This document shows positions 8,959 to 17,959 of a stretch of DNA of 64,000 bases, one piece after another. Both the position numbers and the translations under genes were made by a program. The stretch's first letter is position 1, and each line of letters starts with the position of its first letter. The DNA is from an uncultured Acidimicrobiaceae bacterium (GTDB lineage: Bacteria; Actinomycetota; Acidimicrobiia; Acidimicrobiales; Palsa-688): contig CAVOTF010000007.1 in NCBI GenBank assembly GCA_963699075.1, positions 1,342,655 through 1,406,654 on the forward strand. The letters run 5' to 3'. The notes beneath the pieces are model-generated. The model saw only the letters and a list, made by a program, of their open reading frames with translations, did no database searches and was not told the origin of the DNA.

Positions 8959-9822
8959 CTAAGCTTTACCCAGCCAACTCTTGAGGAACGGGACCGCAGC
9001 TTTATGTATAACAGCGTGCGGCGGTTTACCCCAGGCGCCGAAGACGACAGTGACCACGAGACCATCGACATTCTCGACGATCTTGACCGGCAGCGGCGGG
9101 CCAGAGGCCTTCAAATAGTCGGTTTGGCTGATGGTCAGACCCTCCGATTTCGCCGATTGGCTTATCGAAATGACACTCTGGCCGTCCATGGTCGTTGTTG
9201 ACCCGAGGACCGGCTTGCCACCGAGGTAAAGCATGTACGCAGCAGACTCGACGGTCAGGCCGGTGGCCCAATCGGTAAACGCTGCTGCCGTCCTAGGCAC
9301 CCCAACCCAGTGGCCTGCTTCTGCGGTGGCCGACGCAGCCTTGAAACTCAAGAGGGTCTCCAGCGCAGCTGCGTTCCCCTCGACATAGAGCTTTCCGTCC
9401 AGGTCGAGGCTGAGATGGCCCGTCGGCCCGCCAGCATTAAGGGTTTGGGTCTCGACGCCGTCCGCCTGCCCCGCGTGAACTACCTCTGACTCCGACTTGC
9501 CAAGCAGCGACCAATTGAGTGACCACTCGGCCCCCCGTTCGAGCTGGAACGCGGCTATGGCCGTGTCAAGTAGCAACGTCGGGCTTGTGGGCGTGCTCGT
9601 GGTGGTGGTGGGAGCGGTAGTAGTGGTCGGGCCCGTCGTGGTGGTAGACGGCGGAGTTGTGGTGGTCGGAACGGTGGTGGTCGGAACGGTGGTGGTGGTA
9701 GTAGTTGGAGCAGTGGTGGTTGTGGTAGTGGACTGGGCTATCGCCGTAGCAGCCAGCGCACTTGCCAAGATCAGCGCCGAAATTGACGTACCAATTGCCA
9801 CAAAACCGCGCCGCACGCCCAC
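8959..9822 (-). CDS. Secreted protein with Thr/Pro-rich linker
   Basis: The ORF is open to 9948, but signal peptide VRRGFVAIGTSISALILASALAATAIAQS begins at GTG 9822 or 9816. About 50 aa of poly-Thr/Pro follow (TTTTTTAPTTTTTTVPTTTVPTTTTPPSTTTTGPTTTTAPTTTTST), then a globular domain. Confidence 0.6.
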   Translation of the reverse strand: MGVRRGFVAIGTSISALILASALAATAIAQSTTTTTTAPTTTTTTVPTTTVPTTTTPPSTTTTGPTTTTAPTTTTSTPTSPTLLLDTAIAAFQLERGAEWSLNWSLLGKSESEVVHAGQADGVETQTLNAGGPTGHLSLDLDGKLYVEGNAAALETLLSFKAASATAEAGHWVGVPRTAAAFTDWATGLTVESAAYMLYLGGKPVLGSTTTMDGQSVISISQSAKSEGLTISQTDYLKASGPPLPVKIVENVDGLVVTVVFGAWGKPPHAVIHKAAVPFLKSWLGKA

Positions 9823-10097
9823 TTGTACGATACTGACCTCCCATCGGCCCGATGTCAAGTACTCATTTGGGACGACACGATTTGGGCCGGCGCGGCGCAA
9901 GCTCAAACGAGCGGTGGGCCGGCGAGCTGAACAATTTTCGCCCAACACGAAAGTCCCTGCGCCTCGAGCCGATCAAAATCATCCACTGGGACCGACAAAA
10001 AAGTTCACATTTTCGTCGCTATCCGCGAATTGGTTCTCACATCGATAAAAAAGCGAGCGGAGCAAAAAAGGGTGAAAAACCCGAAAAACGGGGTTGC

Positions 10098-11108
10098 TCA
10101 GCCCTTGTCGACTGCGCTGGGGAGCTCGACGTCAGATGGGTGGCGGTGCGGCATCGCCTCGGCCGGGATCTTGCCGAGGCGCCCGGCTTGGAAGTCCTGC
10201 ATCGCCTGGGCTATCTCCTCCTTGGTGTTCATGACGAAGGGCCCGTAATGGACGACCGGTTCGCGGATGGGGAGGCCGCCGAGCACGAGCACCTCGAGGT
10301 TGGGGCTGGCACTGTCCTGCAGCCGCGCGGCCCCGATCTGCAGGTAGTCACCCGGGCCGAAGACGACGAGCTGCCCGGTATGGACGGGGGCAAGCTGCTC
10401 GCCGGCGTAGCCCTCGCCGGCGAGGACATAAACCAGGGCATTGAAGTCCGGCCGCCATGGCAGCTTCATTTCGGCCGTGGGGCTGATCGTGGCATGGACG
10501 AGCGTGATCGGTGTGAACGTCGAACCCGGCCCTTGGTAGCCGGCGACATCTCCGGCGATCACCCGCACCAGCGATCCCCCGTCTTCGGTCGTTAGCAATG
10601 TCTCCTCCTGCCCACGGATGTCCTGGTAACGAGGGTGTTCCCACTTGTTGGCGCGGGGCAGGTTGACCCACAACTGGATCCCGTGGAAAAGGCCGCCGGA
10701 GATGACTAGCGACTCAGGAGGCGCTTCTATGTGCAGTATCCCCGCGCCCGCGGTCATCCATTGGGTGTCCCCGTCGGTGATCTGGCCACCCCCGCCGTTG
10801 GAGTCTTGGTGCACAAAAGTGCCGTCGATGATGTACGTGACGGTTTCGAACCCACGATGGGGATGCCATGGCGTGCCCTTTGGCTCCCCGGGACCGTAAT
10901 CGACCTCGCCCATCTGGTCCATGTGGACAAACGGGTCGAGTTCGGAAAGCGGCACGCCTGCAAAAGCCCTTCGCACCGGGAAGCCCTCGCCTTCCAGCCC
11001 GCTCGGGGCGGTCGTCACCGACCGCAAGGGGCGCCCTTGCGTGACGCCGGCGCCCGGAGTAGGTATGCGTGGGAGCACCAAAATGTCTTCGACCGTTACT
11101 GCCGGCAT
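10098..11108 (-). CDS. Pirin family protein
   Basis: HPHRGFETVTYIIDG ... and a bicupin layout. AAGGAGG lies 6 nt upstream of ATG 11108. The ORF is open to 11168. Confidence 0.85.
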   Translation of the reverse strand: MPAVTVEDILVLPRIPTPGAGVTQGRPLRSVTTAPSGLEGEGFPVRRAFAGVPLSELDPFVHMDQMGEVDYGPGEPKGTPWHPHRGFETVTYIIDGTFVHQDSNGGGGQITDGDTQWMTAGAGILHIEAPPESLVISGGLFHGIQLWVNLPRANKWEHPRYQDIRGQEETLLTTEDGGSLVRVIAGDVAGYQGPGSTFTPITLVHATISPTAEMKLPWRPDFNALVYVLAGEGYAGEQLAPVHTGQLVVFGPGDYLQIGAARLQDSASPNLEVLVLGGLPIREPVVHYGPFVMNTKEEIAQAMQDFQAGRLGKIPAEAMPHRHPSDVELPSAVDKG

Positions 11109-11220
11109 CGCTGCCTCCTTGTAGGCCGTGCCTTCGGCCCGTTTACCGGGCCCTGTGGACGGTGGCAACGGCGCGGCCCCGGTCGATATTCCGGTGGACG
11201 CGCGCTACCCGGGTCTTAGC

Positions 11221-12171
11221 CTATCGAAGGTCACCTTCAGAACTTGCGGGCCTTGGAGCACGTACCAACAACGCTCGGTGCCAGACGCTCACTACCAACG
11301 ACCGGCCGGCCGCGATGACGTCGCCGTCCAGTTCGCGGGGGAGCTCCGCCGTTGTGCTCACTTCCACATGGCGTGCGGTGTAATGCTCGAACTGGCGAGC
11401 TGGGTGGTGTTTGCCAGCTACCACCCAACGCCCCACCGAGGCCCAGCCCAGTGGGCCTTTCGGCGTCAGGATCCCCACGTCCAGCAACCCGTCGTCCAAG
11501 GATGCACCGGGGAGCAGCGCAAAGCCACCAGGGAGGATCCCCACGTTGCCGACCACGATTGACTGAGCACGCCTGACGAGCAGCTCCCCCCCGTCCAGCC
11601 GCACGGTCATCTCCTTTGTCGAGCTCCCCAGGTGGGCCAGGGCGCCGAACCCATAGCCCACCCACCCCAAGTGGTCCTTCAAGATGCGCGGAGTGGACCG
11701 GACGACCGCTGCGTCGAAGCCGATACCAGCCATGGCAACGAAAGGTGAACCGTCGGCGACGGCCAGGTCGACCTGGCGTTCATACCCCCCGAAACCGACC
11801 GCCAAGGCTGGGCCGAGCTTGGCGGGCAGACCGAGGGCATGAGCGAAAAGGTTGGCGGTGCCTCGCGGGACGATTGCCAGAGGCACCCCGCTATAGGCGA
11901 GGGCGTGAACACAGGCCCTCACCGTCCCGTCGCCACCGACGGCAAAAACCAATCTTTCACCGGCACCTGCGACGAACCGAGACAGATGTCTCTGCAGCTG
12001 GGGGCTTGTCTCGCCCGCCTCGGTCCCCATGAACTGAGGCTGCCACTCGTTGGAAGCAGCGAGGTCTCGGCACCGGTTCTTGAACGCGTCGACGCGGCGG
12101 ATCCGTACCGGGTTGATCACGAAGGCGACCTCTCTGGTGAGGATGGTGAACAATACCCGTGCCAGCGGCAC
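11221..12171 (-). CDS. Diacylglycerol-kinase-family lipid kinase (YegS/BmrU-like)
   Basis: The DAGK catalytic motif FAVGGDGTVRACVHAL...PLAIVPRGTANLFAHALG is present. Confidence 0.8.
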   Translation of the reverse strand: MPLARVLFTILTREVAFVINPVRIRRVDAFKNRCRDLAASNEWQPQFMGTEAGETSPQLQRHLSRFVAGAGERLVFAVGGDGTVRACVHALAYSGVPLAIVPRGTANLFAHALGLPAKLGPALAVGFGGYERQVDLAVADGSPFVAMAGIGFDAAVVRSTPRILKDHLGWVGYGFGALAHLGSSTKEMTVRLDGGELLVRRAQSIVVGNVGILPGGFALLPGASLDDGLLDVGILTPKGPLGWASVGRWVVAGKHHPARQFEHYTARHVEVSTTAELPRELDGDVIAAGRSLVVSVWHRALLVRAPRPASSEGDLR

Positions 12172-12200
12172 CGAGTGACGGCTGGCAAAAGGAGACTTGA

Positions 12201-12213
12201 ACTGAGACTCAGT
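12201..12213. promoter_or_regulatory. Perfect 6-1-6 palindrome ACTGAG-A-CTCAGT in the divergent promoter region, candidate metalloregulator operator
   Basis: Read directly from the sequence. It lies in the 61-nt gap between the lipid kinase start (12171) and the binding-protein ATG (12233), in a locally A/T-richer stretch. Function is inferred only from position and the Fur-family gene at the operon end. Confidence 0.3.
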
Positions 12214-12232
12214 CTAGGATTAGGATTGTCCC

Positions 12233-13200
12233 ATGAACGGCCCCGCGACCACCTGTGCCCCCGCGACCTGTCCCCCCTTGCAGCGTCGAGCTGTTCGGCT
12301 CTCGGTAGCCCTGGCGGTAGCCGCAACCGCTGGCCTGCCTGCGACCACCTCTTCGGATCTGCCAGTTCTGGCCCAGGCAAGGTCGTTGCCGTGGCCGCCG
12401 AGAACGAGTACGCCAACGTGATATCTCAGATCGGCGGGCCGTTCGTCACCGTGACGGCTGTCATGAGCAACCCCAACACCGACCCACACGAGTTTGAAGC
12501 GAGCGCGAGCGTGGCAGAGGAAGTGAGCAAGGCACAGCTGATCGTCCAAAATGGCGTCGGCTACGACACCTTCATGAACAAAATCGAGTCAGCGACCAAC
12601 CGCTCCGGTCGCGAGGTGATCGTTGCACAACAGCTGCTCGGCGTCTCGAGCGACGCGTTCAATCCTCACCTCTGGTACGACCCGAGCACGATGCCCGCCG
12701 TTGCGAGCGCTGTTGCGGCCGACCTGTCCCGGCTCGAGCCGGCCCACGCGGCGTACTTCGAGGGCAAAGTCAAGACATTTGACAACTCGCTACGGCCTTG
12801 GTTCAACGCGATCGCGAGCTTCAAAAAGGCCCATCCAGGGGTTCCCGTTGCGGTGACAGAGCCGGTCGCGGACTACATGCTCGAGGCGGCTGGAGCCGAC
12901 ATCAAGACCCCGCGCTCGCTGCAGGCTGCGATCATGAACGGCACTGACCCGTCTCCTCAGGACATCTCCCTCGAAGAGCAACTGATCACAAAGCACGAGG
13001 TCAAGGTTTTCGTCTACAACCAGCAGGTAACGGACAGCCTGACCGGGGCGTTCCTCTCCGACGCGACCAAGGCACACGTGCCGGTAGTCGGCGTTTACGA
13101 GACAATGCCCACGCCCGGGTTCGACTACCAGTCCTGGATGATGGCCGAGATGAATGCTTTGAGGCTCGCTCTTACCGGGATGTCTACTGTAAAGCTCTGA
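12233..13200 (+). CDS. Metal (Zn/Mn-type) ABC transporter substrate-binding protein, ZnuA/TroA family; split by an apparent 1-nt indel
   Basis: The mature domain VVAVAAENEYANVISQIGGPFVTVTAVMSNPNTDPHEFEASASV... is in frame 1 (ORF 11839-13200). The only signal peptide, MNGPATTCAPATCPPLQRRAVRLSVALAVAATAGLPA..., is in frame 2 from ATG 12233. Confidence 0.8.
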
Positions 13201-14078
13201 TGACAATCTCCGCGGGGCACACTTCGGCAGGAGCACTAACGATCAGCAGCGAAGGTCCCGCCCTGGACGTCGAGGACCTCTCGGTGTTCTTGAGCGGTCG
13301 GGAAGTCCTCCGGGGGGTGTCGTTTTCGGTTGCAGCGGGGTCGCTCACCGGCCTCATAGGCGAGAACGGTGCCGGGAAAACGACGCTACTAAGGGCAATT
13401 CTCGGGCTCCTGCCAGTTTCTTCGGGCGAGGTGCGGGTGGCGCGCGGGCATCTCGGGCGGCGTGCCATCGGGTACGTCCCCCAAAAGGTGGTCCTCGACC
13501 CTGACCTGCCGGTGCGCGCAAGGGATCTTGTCGAGCTCGGGGTCGACGGGCGCCGGCTCGGCATCCCTATGAGGTCGGGCGCCAGGCGTGCCCTCGTGGA
13601 CCAACTTCTCCAGTCCGTAGACGCGTCCCACCTCGCCGATGCCAGGGTCGGGGCGCTGTCTGGCGGCGAGCAGCAAAGAATCCTGATAGCCCATGCGCTG
13701 GCATCCCAACCGCAGCTCTTGCTCCTCGACGAGCCTCTCGCCAGCCTCGACCCTCGCAGCACACAGGAAACGGCAAGCCTTCTTGGCCGGATAGCGCGCG
13801 AGAGAAAGGTCGGGGTCCTGCTGTCGACCCACGACATCAACCCGCTCCTGCCGGTAATGGACCGGGTCGTTTACCTGGCAGCCGGACGTGCGGTGAGCGG
13901 CAGGACCGAAGAGGTGGTGCGAAGCGACGTGTTGAGCGCCTTGTACCGCCACCACGTTGACGTCTTCCATGCGCACGGGCGAGTTCTCGTGTCCGTGGGC
14001 GAGGAGCAGAGCGAGCAGGGCTGCGAGCTTGACGCAGACGATTGCGCGGCCACCGTTACCGGGACAGGGCAACCGTGA
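13200..14078 (+). CDS. Metal ABC transporter ATP-binding protein
   Basis: Walker A GENGAGKTTLL, signature LSGGEQQRILIAHAL, Walker B LLLLDEP. TGATG overlap with the upstream gene. Confidence 0.9.
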   Translation: MTISAGHTSAGALTISSEGPALDVEDLSVFLSGREVLRGVSFSVAAGSLTGLIGENGAGKTTLLRAILGLLPVSSGEVRVARGHLGRRAIGYVPQKVVLDPDLPVRARDLVELGVDGRRLGIPMRSGARRALVDQLLQSVDASHLADARVGALSGGEQQRILIAHALASQPQLLLLDEPLASLDPRSTQETASLLGRIARERKVGVLLSTHDINPLLPVMDRVVYLAAGRAVSGRTEEVVRSDVLSALYRHHVDVFHAHGRVLVSVGEEQSEQGCELDADDCAATVTGTGQP

Positions 14079-14941
14079 GCGTTCTGCACGCGATATTTCA
14101 GCCAGGCCTGTTCTCGAACTCTTCGGTCCAGGACGCTGCGGTCGTGGGCGCGGTGGTTGCGTTGGTGTGCGCACCAGTAGGAGTTTTCACGGTGGTACGC
14201 GGACAGTCGTTCGCTGGCCACGCTTTCGCGGACATCACCGCGACAGGCGGTTCCGCCGCATTCCTTCTCGGCGTGAGCCCCCTTCTCGGCTTCGTGGTGA
14301 TGGCCCTGGCTGGAGCCGGAGCGACGGAGCTCCTCGGTGCCGAGCGCCAACGGGGCCGTGACCTCGCCACCGGGGTCTTGCTAGGTGCCGGTCTCGGGCT
14401 GTCAGCGTTGCTGCTTTACCTGACGACCACAACCCAAAGCACCACGGGTGCGGCCGTCACCGTGCTCTTCGGGTCGATCTTCGCGGTTAGTACCTCGACG
14501 CTGCCGATGGTGATCGGCTTCGGCGTCTCGGCCCTGTTCCTCGTCGGGCTTGTGTACAGGCCCCTGCTCCTCAGCTCTATCAACCCCGACCTCGCCAGTG
14601 CTCAGGGCCCGGGTCTCAGGGCCGTCGGGCTCATCTACATGGTCTCCCTCGCACTGTCGGTGGCCCTGTCGGCCCTCACGATTGGTGCGATCCTGAGCAC
14701 CGCCCTACTGATCGGGCCCGCTGCCGGCGCTTTGCGGCTCGCCAAAAGCCCGGGACGAGCCATCGCGTGGGCAGCCGCGATCGGCGTCGTGGCCGTCTGG
14801 GCTGGGATCGTCCTCGCCTATGACAGCTACACCTGGCCCCCGGACCAACAAGGGTGGCCTGTTAGCTTCTTCGTAGTCTCGTTGGTCTTGGCCGCTTACC
14901 TGCTCGCCCAGTTGGGAAGCCGCCGAGCCCGGCGGGCTTAG
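14075..14941 (+). CDS. Metal ABC transporter permease (ABC-3 family)
   Basis: Multi-pass membrane protein, VSVLHAIFQPGLF...VVRGQSFAGHAFADI... GTG 14075 overlaps the ATPase stop (GTGA). The ORF is open from 14042. Confidence 0.85.
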   Translation: MSVLHAIFQPGLFSNSSVQDAAVVGAVVALVCAPVGVFTVVRGQSFAGHAFADITATGGSAAFLLGVSPLLGFVVMALAGAGATELLGAERQRGRDLATGVLLGAGLGLSALLLYLTTTTQSTTGAAVTVLFGSIFAVSTSTLPMVIGFGVSALFLVGLVYRPLLLSSINPDLASAQGPGLRAVGLIYMVSLALSVALSALTIGAILSTALLIGPAAGALRLAKSPGRAIAWAAAIGVVAVWAGIVLAYDSYTWPPDQQGWPVSFFVVSLVLAAYLLAQLGSRRARRA

Positions 14942-14949
14942 GCGCAGCA

Positions 14950-15795
14950 GTGCTCTCCGGCCTGTTTTCGGGTTTCATGGTCGATACTTGGTTGCAGGCC
15001 AGCGTTATGGCTGTGGTGGCCGGCGTCGTGGGCTTTTTCGTGGTGCTTCGCGGGTCGAGCTTCGCTGCGCACGCAATCCCTCAGGGTGCGTTCACCGGCG
15101 CCGCGGGCGCCGCCCTGATAGGGGCCAACACCCTGGTCGGAGTCGGCACTTTCTCCCTCCTGGGCGTGGTGGCGATCGCACGATTTGGCCGCCGGGGCCA
15201 ACATGACGTCGTGACAGCGCTCTGCCTTGTCACCTTGCTCGGTATTGGCTCTTTGTTCCTGAGCCTGAGCACGGAGTACGCCGAGCAGACGTTCTCGCTG
15301 CTGTTCGGTGAACCGCTCGCCGTCAGTTCCTCGGACCTGTTGCCGACGGCTGTACTCGGGGCTGCGTGCATCGCGATGGTCGTCGTCCTGTTCCGTCCAT
15401 TGATGCTTAGCTCTATAGCTCCAGAGCTTGCGGCGGCACGTGGCACCAGTCCCGCGCGTGTCGAGCTGTTTTTCCTTTTGGCAGTGGGGCTGGCAACTAC
15501 GATGGCGCTCCCCGTCGTGGGAGCACTGCTCGTGTTCAGCCTTATGATCGGACCTCCGGCCACAGCCCGTTTCGTAACCAACCGGCCTGTGCGGGCAATG
15601 GCCATCTCCGGGGCACTCGGGCTCATAACGGTGTGGGTGTCGATCACCGCCTCCTTCTGGTCCAACTGGCCCATCGGGTTTTTTGTGGGCACCTTCGCTG
15701 TCGTCTGGTACCTGATAGGGCGGTCCTTGGCACGCAAGGGCAGAAAGCGCGGCCCCGTTTTGGTGCTGGAGCTTGCCGGCGCGGGGTCGCGGTAG
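14950..15795 (+). CDS. Metal ABC transporter permease (second ABC-3 subunit)
   Basis: Paralogous to the previous gene (VVLRGSSFAAHAIPQGAFTGAAGA...). 281 aa. Confidence 0.85.
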   Translation: MLSGLFSGFMVDTWLQASVMAVVAGVVGFFVVLRGSSFAAHAIPQGAFTGAAGAALIGANTLVGVGTFSLLGVVAIARFGRRGQHDVVTALCLVTLLGIGSLFLSLSTEYAEQTFSLLFGEPLAVSSSDLLPTAVLGAACIAMVVVLFRPLMLSSIAPELAAARGTSPARVELFFLLAVGLATTMALPVVGALLVFSLMIGPPATARFVTNRPVRAMAISGALGLITVWVSITASFWSNWPIGFFVGTFAVVWYLIGRSLARKGRKRGPVLVLELAGAGSR

Positions 15796-15803
15796 GGTCG
15801 AGG

Positions 15804-17006
15804 GTGGTGAACGAAGCGTTACACGGCCTGGTGCAGCAACGGCTGCGACTGATCTCGCAGCGCTATACCAACGGGCGTCGTGAGGTTGTTGAGTTGCTGG
15901 CCGACGCCGGTCACCCTGTGAGCATCGAAGATATTGCAGAGCGTGCGCCGAGGTTGCCGCGCAGCTCGGCCTACCGGCACCTCGTTGACCTGCAACAAGC
16001 TGGTGTCGTCCGGCGAGTCTCGGCAAACGACGACTACTTTCGCTTTGAGCTGGCCGAAGACATCACTGAGCACCACCACCACCTAGTGTGCACTCGCTGC
16101 GGAAAAGTACTGGACGTCACACCGACGCCTGCGTTCGAACAAGCCATGTCGCACTACCTTGACCGCTTGGCCAGCTTCAACGGGTTCATTGGTCTCGACC
16201 ACCGTCTGGACGTGCTGGGCGCCTGCTCGGACTGCCAGGACCAGGGCCCGAGGCCTCGGAGCCAGTGGTCTCCACTGCGGCAGGGTGGCAACACAATGGC
16301 TGAGACGAGACAACGGGGCAGCCGCTCCGCCCGGGGCCGGTCGACCGACGGCAACGGGGGCCAGAGCCTCGCCGGCCAGGGCACCGGGCTCCGGGGCTCC
16401 GCCGGCGCCGGTGTCGCCCAGGCGCTTGCGCCGCCAAGGCGCCACGACCCCAGGATCGACCCACCCACTCGCGCCGACCGCCGTAAGGCCGGTTGGTGGG
16501 TTCTGGTGCTGGCGTTCACACCGATCTGTCTTGGCGTGCTCGTGTGGGCCACTGTCAACTGGAACGGGAGCTACCCAAACGTCAAGGCGCCGGTACCTCA
16601 CGGCTGGCAGGCAGTTCCAGGGATCTATGCGAGTTTCTCCGTGCCGGGCAACTGGTCCCTTCAGCCGTTTATGAGCGACGCGGCAGCGGATGTCTATTAC
16701 TCCGGCCCAGCGGGAGGGATTGGGGAGTCGGTCACTCAGGACAACAACGAGCCCTCGACGACGGGACGTCTGCCTGCGATCGTGGGCACCTTCCTCACCG
16801 ACCGTTACAGCGTGACTTCGATAACCCCGTTCCGGCTCCGCAATGCTGCCGCAGCTTGGCGGTACCAGTTCCGGCTGGCGAACGGGACAAAAGGCACAGG
16901 CATCCTCGCGTGGGCAAGCGCGACGCAGTCGGAGGTGTGGCTCATCGCAACACCCGTCACGGCCACTACAGACCGTGCCCTGTCCACCCTGACCCTCGCT
17001 CCTTAG
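15804..17006 (+). CDS. Fur/Zur-family regulator domain continuous in frame (as sequenced) with a single-pass membrane protein
   Basis: From GTG 15804: VVNEALHGLVQQRLRLISQRYTNGRREVVELLADAGHPVSIEDIA...HHHHLVCTRCGKV...CSDCQDQG, a Fur fold with two CxxC. There is no stop before an R/G-rich linker, TM helix WWVLVLAFTPICLGVLVWATV and about 190 further aa (stop 17004-17006). An internal ATG at 16296 could start a separate gene. Confidence 0.7.
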   Translation: MVNEALHGLVQQRLRLISQRYTNGRREVVELLADAGHPVSIEDIAERAPRLPRSSAYRHLVDLQQAGVVRRVSANDDYFRFELAEDITEHHHHLVCTRCGKVLDVTPTPAFEQAMSHYLDRLASFNGFIGLDHRLDVLGACSDCQDQGPRPRSQWSPLRQGGNTMAETRQRGSRSARGRSTDGNGGQSLAGQGTGLRGSAGAGVAQALAPPRRHDPRIDPPTRADRRKAGWWVLVLAFTPICLGVLVWATVNWNGSYPNVKAPVPHGWQAVPGIYASFSVPGNWSLQPFMSDAAADVYYSGPAGGIGESVTQDNNEPSTTGRLPAIVGTFLTDRYSVTSITPFRLRNAAAAWRYQFRLANGTKGTGILAWASATQSEVWLIATPVTATTDRALSTLTLAP

Positions 17007-17068
17007 CGCACGAGCGGTGCAATACGCTGTAGCGTCCGACAGCAACGTAGGCCCAAGGAGGCTCCCGC

Positions 17069-17903
17069 TTGGCTAGCCAGGTGGCCGATTATGAGATCAC
17101 GAGCTCCGTGCTCGAGGACCGCACGGCCCCGTGCCTTCGCGCGCGCCGCCCTCAGCGGCTGGGCGGAGGAGATGCCCCGGTCACCATCTGGGTAATGGGC
17201 GCCGTTGGCCAGGACGTCCTGGGCGGCGGCCCGGGCACGGTTAGAACCGGTCGCCTCGGTCCGCGACGAGCACTTGCCCTCATGGCTGGAAGCCGGGATT
17301 GCCGAGTGGGCACAAAGGCCCGTCGTCTGGGTAAGCGCTGCAACCGCGGTGGCGGCCACGCTTGCATCGCCTCCGTCCGGGATGGACATGGCGGCAAAAC
17401 TGCGAGCAATCGCGTCGGCGGCTCGAGGTGCCCACGCCCTTCACGAGCACGGCCAAGTTCATGAAGCCATCTGCCCGCAGTCCATAGCCCTGACGGCGGC
17501 AAGCCTCTCTGGAGCCCCCGACGACGCGCCGGCAAGCGCAGTGCTGGCGCCCCCGGCACTCGCAAACGGCCAGGCTCCGCTCGCGCAGGTAGGGTACCCA
17601 CCCCTGGGGTACATGGACCCGCAACTATTGAGGGGTGAAGGCGGGCGCTGGTCAGACATCTGGTCGCTCGGAGCAGTGGTCCACCAGGCGGTCACGGGGT
17701 CAGTGCCTTTCCCGGGCCTCGACGAACTGCCCGTGGTCCAGGCGCTGTCCAGGCTCCTGTCGGTCCCTGCCGCGACGCTCGGCGAGATGCCTGCCGCCGT
17801 ATCGGAGGTGGTCGCCGACTGCCTGTCGGTCGACCCGGCGGACCGCCCCGCTACCGCGAGCGAAGTCGCCGAACGCCTGGACGAGGCAGCAGCAAAGTGG
17901 TGA
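17069..17903 (+). CDS. Ser/Thr-protein-kinase-like pseudokinase; split by an apparent 1-nt indel
   Basis: AAGGAGG lies 7 nt before TTG 17069. The N-lobe-like ADYEITSSVLEDRTAPCLRARR...APVTIWV is in frame 2. The rest is in frame 3: ...VHEAICPQSIAL (in place of HRDLKPxN), GYMDPQLL, SDIWSLGAVVHQAVTGSVPF. No VAIK lysine, catalytic Asp or DFG. Confidence 0.65.
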
Positions 17904-17959
17904 CGCAGGACATGTCGGCCGCTAATGGCCGACAGATCTCGAGGAGGTAACTGGTTCCC

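Noticed and set aside
10074-10097. Hairpin AACCC-N8-GGGTT followed by a T-run just after the pirin stop (minus strand) as an intrinsic terminator
   Set aside because: The stem is only 5 bp and part of the T-run is inside the stem. It is too weak to call.
14938-16026. 362-aa minus-strand ORF; similar ORFs at 16083-17045 and 18248-19324
   Set aside because: They lie antisense to the ABC permease, Fur-domain and FHA genes. They are Arg/His/Pro-rich with no motifs.
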